Source: Candidatus Terraquivivens tikiterensis (GTDB lineage: Archaea; Thermoproteota; Nitrososphaeria_A; Caldarchaeales; Wolframiiraptoraceae). Taken from it: a stretch of DNA of 64,000 bases. The translations under genes were made by a program, and so were the position numbers. The stretch covers positions 21,228-85,227 of the forward strand of contig NDWU01000004.1 of NCBI GenBank assembly GCA_003056285.1, in the 5' to 3' direction. This document shows positions 57,648 through 64,000 of this stretch, piece after piece (the first letter of the stretch is position 1; every line of letters begins with the position of its first letter). The notes under the pieces were generated by a model. It made no database searches. It saw only the letters and a list, made by a program, of their open reading frames with translations, and had not been told where the DNA came from.

Positions 57648-58282
57648 CGCCTTCTCATCCCCCTCTCGACGTACCTTCCCCTCGATTCTATCTCCTTAAC
57701 CTTCTCGAGGACTTTCTGCAAAAAGTCGTCAAGGACCGCTCCGTAGCCTTCGAAGAAATAGCGCATGAAATCCTCCCTTAACTCGTAGTGGGTGCTCTGG
57801 ATGGACCTGTCGAGCAGGTGCACGTCAACGGCAAACTCCTCTACGTCCCTCGTGAACGTTGCCAGACCGAAGTCTACGAGGTAGGGGTTCATCTGCTCGT
57901 CGACTATCACGTTCGAGAGCGTTAGGTCGCCGTGGGCTATGCCTCCACCGTGAAGCATGGCAGCGATGGTTCCCAAACGTCTCGCGAGCAGGGACAGGGC
58001 TTCCCCGCTTACGTTCCCTATGAGGTCCCTTGCTTCCGTTCCTTGTATCCTCTGCATGTATATCGTCGCTTCCTCCAAGTCCACGAGGATTATAGCCGGG
58101 CATGCCACGCCGTGCTTCTTAGCCTCGGAGATAATCCTCGCCTCCGAGGCTGTCCTCTGCATCCTTATCTCCTTGTCCAGCAAAGGGTGCCTGTATGGTT
58201 TTGGTACCCTCTTCTTAGCCACGAGCTCCATCCCGTTCCAGCTCAGGGCGTAGATGGCCGCCTCAGCGCCCAGCCTTATCAT
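57644..58282 (-). CDS. bud32: Bud32/PRPK-type atypical kinase (KEOPS subunit)
   Basis: Canonical N-terminus MIRLGAEAAIY, HGDLTLSN and VDFGLA. Start is at the internal ATG 58282. The ORF-track start would overlap kae1 by 26 nt. Confidence 0.8.
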   Translation of the reverse strand: MIRLGAEAAIYALSWNGMELVAKKRVPKPYRHPLLDKEIRMQRTASEARIISEAKKHGVACPAIILVDLEEATIYMQRIQGTEARDLIGNVSGEALSLLARRLGTIAAMLHGGGIAHGDLTLSNVIVDEQMNPYLVDFGLATFTRDVEEFAVDVHLLDRSIQSTHYELREDFMRYFFEGYGAVLDDFLQKVLEKVKEIESRGRYVERGMRRR

Positions 58283-58316
58283 CGCCCTTGGCTCTCCCAG
58301 GCTCAGCGTGGGGCCC

Positions 58317-59309
58317 TCACCCAAACCATCTAACCTCCACATCGTCTATCCTCATCCTCGGCCTCACCCTGCTCTCCTCAACCTCGACGACCATACCGCA
58401 CGAGAGCTGGAGGACGCCGTTCCATGCTATCATGGCGCCGTTATCGCCCGCGTACTCGTCGGGTACAGTATAGAGCTCGGCGCCGCGCTCCTTCGCCATC
58501 GCTTCGAGCATTTCCCTCAGCCTCCTGCTCCTCGCTAGGCCGCCGACTAGGAGCACCTCCCTCTTCGCCGTGTAAGCGACGGCCCTCTCCGTCACCTCCG
58601 TCAGCATGCTGTAGACAGTCTCCGTCAAGCCGAGGCAGACGTCCTCCAGCGCAGCGCCCTGCTTGAGCTTCGAGAGGGCAGCCGTCAGGATGCCTGAGAA
58701 GGATACGTCCATTCCCTTGACAGCGTAAGGGAGGCGGACGAAAGACCTGGCTTTCCCTGCCATGAGCTCCGGCATGGGCATGGGACCTATGCCGGCCTTT
58801 ATTCCGAAGGCGTCGAGGCAGTTGCCGGCAGCTATGTCGAGCGTCTCGCCGAATACCCTGTACCTTCCGGCGCTGAAGGCTGCCACTAACGTGTTGCCTC
58901 CGGCCACGTAGAGGACAACTGGGTCCCTGCACCCTGTAACCAGCCTTCCGACCTCGATGTGGGCTACGCCGTGGTTCACGGCTATGAGCGGCTTTTTAAG
59001 GCTGAGGGCAAGCGTCCTTGCTATGGTCGCTCCAGTCCTCAGGCATGGGCCTAGACCAGGCCCGACGGAGAAGGCTATGCCGTCCAGCTCGCTTATGGAT
59101 ACCCCAGCCTTTGATAGGCAGGCCCTGAGCGCATCGGGCGCCACGCGCGCGTGGTGCTGCGCGGCCTCCCTTGGGTGTATGCCACCCTTTGATGGCCTGT
59201 AGACCCTGTTCTCGTTCGCCAGTATCCGGCCGTCCGAAGAGGCCACGCCCACACCGAAAGTGTGGGCCGTCGACTCTATGCCCAGGACTACCAGCGCACC
59301 TTCCTTCAA
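58317..59309 (-). CDS. kae1: Kae1, tRNA N6-adenosine threonylcarbamoyltransferase (KEOPS catalytic subunit)
   Basis: 330 aa with LGIESTAHTFGVGV, the metal-binding VNHGVAHIE and GGVARS-type C-terminal motifs. It is a separate gene from bud32, not fused. Confidence 0.9.
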   Translation of the reverse strand: MKEGALVVLGIESTAHTFGVGVASSDGRILANENRVYRPSKGGIHPREAAQHHARVAPDALRACLSKAGVSISELDGIAFSVGPGLGPCLRTGATIARTLALSLKKPLIAVNHGVAHIEVGRLVTGCRDPVVLYVAGGNTLVAAFSAGRYRVFGETLDIAAGNCLDAFGIKAGIGPMPMPELMAGKARSFVRLPYAVKGMDVSFSGILTAALSKLKQGAALEDVCLGLTETVYSMLTEVTERAVAYTAKREVLLVGGLARSRRLREMLEAMAKERGAELYTVPDEYAGDNGAMIAWNGVLQLSCGMVVEVEESRVRPRMRIDDVEVRWFG

Positions 59310-59403
59310 CGCTTCCCGGCTTAAGCGTCATCCGGGGTGCTTATCATCCTTGCGCCTAAAGCCTGGCTGGAAAGAAAAGACCCATTAGATACCGGGCAGG
59401 CTG

Positions 59404-61194
59404 ATGGGTGGGATGGGCATGCGCCTGAGGCAGCCGATCGTCGTGGTGCTAGGACACGTCGACCACGGTAAGACGAGCTTGCTGGACAAGATGAGGGGTA
59501 CGTTGGTAGCTGCCAGGGAGGCGGGCGGGATAACGCAGCACATAGGCGCTAGCCTCTTCCCGCTCGACGCGATCGTCTCCACGTGCAAGGCTTTGCTCGG
59601 CGAGGTCAAGGTGCAGCTGAAGGTTCCTGGCTTGCTCTTCGTCGACACGCCAGGCCATGCGGCCTTCGCCAACCTGAGGAGGAGGGGAGGCTCGATAGCT
59701 GACTTGGCCATACTCGTGGTGGACATAACGAAGGGGATACAGGAGCAGACGCTGGAGAGCATAGGGCTTCTGAGGGCGAGGAGGACGCCGTTCGTCGTCG
59801 CGGCGAACAAGATAGACCTAATACCCGGATGGAAGTCGGTAGAGTACGAGCCTTTTCCCAAGGCTTTCCAGAGGCAGAGCCAGGCGGTAAGGGAGGAGCT
59901 GGAGCGGAGGGTCTACGGCATCGTCGGAGAGCTGGCTGGCTTGGGGTTCAGGGCTGACGTCTACACGAGGATCACTTCCTTCGCTACGACGCTTGCCATA
60001 GTCCCCGTGAGCGCCAAGAGCGGCGAGGGCATACCGGACCTTCTCCTCGTGCTGCTGGGCCTCGCCCAGGCCTTCATGAAGGAGCAGCTCACGGTCCAGG
60101 AGGAGGCGCCAGCGGAGGGCGTCGTTCTTGAGATAACCGAGGAGGAGGGGCTAGGCACGACAGTTAACGCGATAATATACGACGGGACGTTGAAGGTAGG
60201 CGACAGGATAGCCCTGCTGGGCCCAGAGGGAGCCTTCACGACCAAGGTGAAGGCCATACTCATGCCGAAGCCCCTGGACGAGATGCGGGACCCGAGGGAC
60301 AGGTTCAAGCCAGTCGAGCGCGTCGTGGCTGCCGCAGGCTTGAAGCTCGTGGCAGAGGGTTTGGACAGGGCATACCCTGGGTCGCCCATATACGCGATCG
60401 GCCAGGATGAGGAGGAGGTCCTGGAGAGGATCACGAAAGAGGTCGGAGAGTTCAAGCTCTCAACAGACAAAGTAGGCGTCGTGCTCAAGGCGGACACGCT
60501 CGGCTCGCTCGAGGCTGCCGTCAACTTCCTACACGAGAGGGGGGTCCAGATAAGGGTCGCCGACATAGGCGAGCTGTCGAAGAGGGACATAGTAGAGGCA
60601 GAGGTTGTTAGAACGAAGGATGAGCTGAGCGGCGTGATCCTGGCGTTCAACGTCAGGGTAGACCCGAGCCTGGAGCGGGAGGCCAACAGCAGGGGAATAA
60701 GGGTATTCAAGTCAAACGTGCTCTTCAGGCTCGTCGAGGATTACTTGGCCTGGGTGAGGGAGGAGAAAGAGAGGAGGGAAACTGCCCAGTTTGAGTCGCT
60801 CGTAAAGCCTGGCAAGATAAGGATACTTCCGGGATACGTCTTTAGGAGGAGCAACCCTGCCATAGTTGGCGTGGAGGTCCTGGGCGGAAGGATTAGGCCG
60901 AAGTATACGCTGATGAACGCCGAGGGTAAAAGCGTCGGCTCCATATCGCAGATACAGGATAGGGGCCAGAGCATACCGGAGGCTACTAGGGGCATGAGCG
61001 TCGCGATATCGATGAAGGAGCCGATAGTCGGAAGGCACGTCAGGGAGGGAGAGGTGCTATATACAGCCATACCGGAGAACGATGCGCGGCTCCTCCTCAA
61101 GTCTTTCTCCAACAGGTTGACGGAAGACGAGAGGGCGGTTCTCGAGGAGGTGGTCCAGATCGTCAGGAAGAACAACCCCCTATGGGCCAGGTGA
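59404..61194 (+). CDS. infB: Translation initiation factor aIF5B (IF2-type GTPase)
   Basis: 596 aa with G1 GHVDHGKTSLLD, G3 DTPGH and G4 NKID, plus aIF5B domain order. No intein. Confidence 0.9.
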   Translation: MGGMGMRLRQPIVVVLGHVDHGKTSLLDKMRGTLVAAREAGGITQHIGASLFPLDAIVSTCKALLGEVKVQLKVPGLLFVDTPGHAAFANLRRRGGSIADLAILVVDITKGIQEQTLESIGLLRARRTPFVVAANKIDLIPGWKSVEYEPFPKAFQRQSQAVREELERRVYGIVGELAGLGFRADVYTRITSFATTLAIVPVSAKSGEGIPDLLLVLLGLAQAFMKEQLTVQEEAPAEGVVLEITEEEGLGTTVNAIIYDGTLKVGDRIALLGPEGAFTTKVKAILMPKPLDEMRDPRDRFKPVERVVAAAGLKLVAEGLDRAYPGSPIYAIGQDEEEVLERITKEVGEFKLSTDKVGVVLKADTLGSLEAAVNFLHERGVQIRVADIGELSKRDIVEAEVVRTKDELSGVILAFNVRVDPSLEREANSRGIRVFKSNVLFRLVEDYLAWVREEKERRETAQFESLVKPGKIRILPGYVFRRSNPAIVGVEVLGGRIRPKYTLMNAEGKSVGSISQIQDRGQSIPEATRGMSVAISMKEPIVGRHVREGEVLYTAIPENDARLLLKSFSNRLTEDERAVLEEVVQIVRKNNPLWAR

Positions 61195-61249
61195 TTGATA
61201 CTTATTAGGAACCGATTAGTTGACGGAGATAAATCAGGAGGGTTCTCCG

Positions 61250-61660
61250 TTGTCCGAGAAGAGGCTCGGCCCTAGGCTAGTCCTGTCCGACCCATCCACC
61301 GGAAGGGCGCAGACGATCCAGCTGACCCCCCAGCAGTTCCTGCTCTTCTTAGGAAAGAAGATAGGCGACGAGCTGGACGGCTCGATACTGGGCAAGGCTG
61401 GATTTAAGGTCAGGATAACTGGCGGCACGGACGTGGACGGCTTCCCCATGAGGCCGGACGTCAGCGGCCCGAGGAAGGTGAGCATCCTCCTATCCGGTGG
61501 CGTCGGCTTCCATCCAAGAGAAAAACCGCCATCCAAGAGGAAGAAGAAGAGGAACAGAAGGAGGAAGAAGGGCCTAAGGAAGAGGGTGACTGTTAGGGGG
61601 AACACGATAAGCGATGCGATCGCTCAAATAAACGCCGTCCTTGTACCAGCAACCGGGTGA
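61250..61660 (+). CDS. rps6e: Ribosomal protein S6e
   Basis: LVLSDPSTGRAQ...RITGGTDVDGFPMRPDV...KKKRNRRRKKG. The TTG at 61250 is preceded by AGGAGG (61237-61242), complementary to the 16S 3' end. The ORF track starts at TTG 61220. Confidence 0.8.
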   Translation: MSEKRLGPRLVLSDPSTGRAQTIQLTPQQFLLFLGKKIGDELDGSILGKAGFKVRITGGTDVDGFPMRPDVSGPRKVSILLSGGVGFHPREKPPSKRKKKRNRRRKKGLRKRVTVRGNTISDAIAQINAVLVPATG

Positions 61661-61989
61661 TGCTCTTGGCCGATTTATCGATCGTCTCTGAATTTTACAA
61701 CAAGCTATTCCGTCGGAGGGACGTTCGCATGCTGGTAGACTACGACGGCGCGACGCCTAAAAAGGCCGAGCTGTTGAGGCTCATAGCGGAGTACCTGAAG
61801 GTCTCCGAGGACAGGATAGCCATCGTCAAGGTGGAGAACCTATTCGGGCAGCACAGGCTCTCGGTACACTGCCACGTATACGACACCGTGGAGGACTTGA
61901 AAAAGTACGAGAGGAAGTACGTCCTGAGGAGGCAGGGGGTGGAGGTTTCTGGGAAGGCAGGCCAAGCTCTGGGCAAAGTACAAGCTTGA
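61660..61989 (+). CDS. rps24e: Ribosomal protein S24e
   Basis: NKLFRRRDVRMLVDYDGATPKKAEL...ENLFGQHRLSVHCHVYDT. The ATG overlaps the S6e stop (TGATG). Confidence 0.8.
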   Translation: MLLADLSIVSEFYNKLFRRRDVRMLVDYDGATPKKAELLRLIAEYLKVSEDRIAIVKVENLFGQHRLSVHCHVYDTVEDLKKYERKYVLRRQGVEVSGKAGQALGKVQA

Positions 61990-62116
61990 GGGAGATAAGC
62001 TGACGAAGAGTGTCCTATTCTGCCCAAGGTGCGGAAAGGGCTACGTGATGGCGGAGCACGCAGACAGGTACACGTGCGGGAACTGTCACTACACGGAGTT
62101 CAAGAGCAGGAAGTGA
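61976..62116 (+). CDS. rps27ae: Ribosomal protein S27ae (zinc ribbon); start codon unresolved
   Basis: The frame reads ..KYKLEGDKLTKSVLFCPRCGKGYVMAEHADRYTCGNCHYTEFKSRK*. It contains no in-frame ATG/GTG/TTG after the upstream stop at 61925, so the start is uncertain. It is below the ORF-track size cutoff. Confidence 0.7.
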   Translation, partial: KYKLEGDKLTKSVLFCPRCGKGYVMAEHADRYTCGNCHYTEFKSRK

Positions 62117-62143
62117 GGGGAAGCCGACCATCTTTCCCCTAAG

Positions 62144-62698
62144 CTATTCCGTCCTTCCTTTTCTCTTAGCCCTAACGCTCACCAAAATCCCGCACACTTC
62201 CCGCTTCTTCTCCTCCGTAACCTCGACGGAGACGGCTCCGACGCCTGGCTGGCCGTAGACGACGATGGAGTTCAGCGGAGCCAGCAGGATTGCAGGGAGC
62301 GTCAGCAGATCCTCTTCGCCCTTGACGTAGACGACGGCCCTCTTTCCTGAGGAGATCGCTTGCTTGAGAGCAACCACTGCCTTCCTAGATACCGTGCCTG
62401 CGGGGTTCTCCGTAGCGATCCGCAGGGCATCGGCTTCGACGAAATTACCGGAAGCATGCCTCTCGACCATTCCGTCTACCACGTATAAATCGGCTCGGAT
62501 CCCAACGTTGCGTAGCTCCTTGGCGGAGAAGTCGCCGACGACTATCAGCATCCTCGGCCCTATTTCCATGATGTGCTTGGCGAGCTTTTCTGTCGTCTCC
62601 GGCGGCCTACCCTCGAAGAGCCTACCGAGCGGCCTCCTGACCTTCTCCTTGTCCTCCTCGCCGAACACTATGTCCTCGTCGAACGGGCAGCTTGCCAT
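62144..62698 (-). CDS. DUF359/COG1909-type protein (archaeal GTP-dependent dephospho-CoA kinase family)
   Basis: 184 aa. The pattern LIVVGDFSAKELRNVGIRADLYVVDGMVER...NPAGTVS matches my recollection of the DUF359 family. Confidence 0.7.
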   Translation of the reverse strand: MASCPFDEDIVFGEEDKEKVRRPLGRLFEGRPPETTEKLAKHIMEIGPRMLIVVGDFSAKELRNVGIRADLYVVDGMVERHASGNFVEADALRIATENPAGTVSRKAVVALKQAISSGKRAVVYVKGEEDLLTLPAILLAPLNSIVVYGQPGVGAVSVEVTEEKKREVCGILVSVRAKRKGRTE

Positions 62699-62898
62699 CC
62701 CTTATGGCCTCCGAGCGGCATGTCCAAAACGACGCGCATCCCATCGCATCCTAGCAGGCATACCTTGGACCCCTCGGCATGGACTGGCCGTATCCAAACG
62801 ATAAAGCTTTTTGCGGAGGGGCCAGCGATGGTTACGCTTAGAAAGAACAGCGAGGTTAGCTAACGCGGTCGGTAGCTCGGAAGGCTTTTTCAGTCCCC

Positions 62899-63560
62899 TC
62901 AAAGGTACTGCCTGATTATCTCCAGCAGCCTCTCGGCAACCTCCTCCGGAGAGCCCTTTATGAACTCCCTCTTCCTCTCCCTCGTCTTAGCCTCCTTCAG
63001 CTCCTTGACCGTCGTGTAGGATGCCTTTATGCCAACCTGCTCCTCCGAGACCCCGAGCTCCTCCTTCCCCCAGACCTTAAGCTTGAACTCCCTCTCGGCC
63101 CACCTCTTCCTCCTGAAGTCAGGAAACCTCGGCGTGTTGCACCCGAGCTCCACGCTGATCAGGACGGGGAGCGGGGCCTCCAATACCTCGTAACCTCCTT
63201 TGACAGTCCTCCTGGCCCTTACCTTTCCGTCCAAAACCTCGACGCTGCTCACGAAGGTTATCTGCGGTATGCCGAGCCACTCCGCTATGCCAGGCGGCAC
63301 CTGGTTCGTGCCTGCATCCGAAGACCCCTTACCGCAAAACATTATGTCGACATAGCCAGCGTGAAAGATGTCGGGTAAGTGTCCGCTCCCGCGAACGCCC
63401 TGTCGCTAAGGAGTATCGCGTCGTCGGCGCACATCGCGACTGCCAGCTTAAGGTAAGACTCGAGGGCCGGAGGGCCCATGGATAGGACGATGACCTCGCC
63501 GCCTATGAGCTCTGCCAGCCTTTTTATGGGCGATAGGTCTCCGCCAGTTCCGACGCGGCT
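62899..63560 (-). pseudogene. etfB: etfB/fixA (electron-transfer flavoprotein beta subunit) pseudogene: frameshifted and N-terminally eroded
   Basis: ORF 62899-63342 covers the C-terminal two thirds (SSDAGTNQVPPGIAEWLGIPQITFV...). The preceding segment ..GDLSPIKRLAELIGGEVIVLSMGPPALESYLKLAVAMCADDAILLSDRAFAGADTYPTSFTLAMST* is in another frame. The first ~50 residues are not recognisable. No etfA is adjacent. Confidence 0.7.
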
Positions 63561-63751
63561 ATGACGACCTTCTCGGCCCAGGACGATGGTCTTTGCGAAA
63601 ATTTTAGGGAAAGGTTTTTTTGTTGGTGTAATGACTGTAAAATAACTTTTACCAAGAAGGCCTTAAATTGCACGAAGGGCATAATATATATATTGGGCGT
63701 CAAAGCTATCGGTTTAAGATATAGCGGAGCATACATTCGCAGGCGATTGAA

Positions 63752-64000
63752 GTGAAAAAATTGGTGGAGGTAAGGTTGCACGGAAGGGGCGGCCAAGGTG
63801 TCGTCACGGCCGCAAGGCTTCTTGCCGAGGCGTGCCTTTTAGAAAACAAGTACTCGCTGTCCTTCCCGGAGTTCGGTCCAGAACGCTCTGGCGCACCCGT
63901 GAGGGCTTACGTCAGGATATCCGATGAGCCTATAGATGTTAGGTCATTGGTTTACGACCCAGAGGTCGTCGTGTCCATAGACCCAAAGCTCTCCTCTTCC
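63752..64000 (+). CDS. porG: 2-oxoacid:ferredoxin oxidoreductase gamma subunit (partial, runs off the window)
   Basis: From GTG 63752 the frame reads VKKLVEVRLHGRGGQGVVTAARLLAEACLLENKYSLSFPEFGPERSGAPVRAYVRISDEPI..., the classic gamma-subunit N-terminus. Confidence 0.75.
   Translation, partial: MKKLVEVRLHGRGGQGVVTAARLLAEACLLENKYSLSFPEFGPERSGAPVRAYVRISDEPIDVRSLVYDPEVVVSIDPKLSSS

Overview
This is an archaeal chromosomal segment of roughly 55% GC. It is almost fully coding, with archaeal TATA-type promoters and many 4-nt start/stop overlaps. The proteins are rich in Glu, Lys, Arg and Val, and together with the 16S gene this suggests a thermophilic TACK/Thermoproteota-like archaeon. The lineage cannot be fixed from this window.

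Content is mostly housekeeping:
- Replication and repair: Lhr-type helicase, nurA-herA-mre11-rad50, orc1/cdc6, RFC large and small subunits, radA.
- Translation and RNA maturation: aIF5A, aIF5B, S6e/S24e/S27ae/S25e, Nob1, TiaS, Kae1, Bud32, Dph6, an NFACT/Rqc2 homologue.
- Transport and metabolism: Liv-type ABC transporter, tungstate tupABC with a ModE-like regulator next to a tungsten-type aldehyde:ferredoxin oxidoreductase, a PadR + ABC-2 exporter, ApgM, NAD kinase.
- RNA genes: a stand-alone 16S rRNA gene with no 23S in the window, and three tRNAs (initiator Met, His, Arg). The His and Arg genes carry insertions at non-canonical positions.
- Accessory or decaying material: a triple-frameshifted IS200/IS605-type tnpB, a second tnpB 3' relic, a HEPN/nucleotidyltransferase pair beside an AT-rich islet, an etfB pseudogene, and a decayed stretch next to tRNA-Arg.

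Candidates most worth a second look:
1. A compact three-gene operon at 5443-8605. It encodes a hinge-less, Cys-free 595-aa SMC-like ATPase with Smc5/6-like head motifs, a kleisin-like protein and a tandem winged-helix (KITE-like) protein.
2. Two ~32-nt insertions inside universally conserved blocks of the 16S gene.
3. A GC-rich ~160-nt leader upstream of tRNA-His with a textbook K-turn and no assignable RNA family.
4. A ~275-nt GC-rich intergenic block at 55037-55311 tiled by perfect hairpins.
5. A Rad50 with no CxxC zinc hook.

No CRISPR array was seen. All protein calls come from motif recognition by eye. No database search was run.
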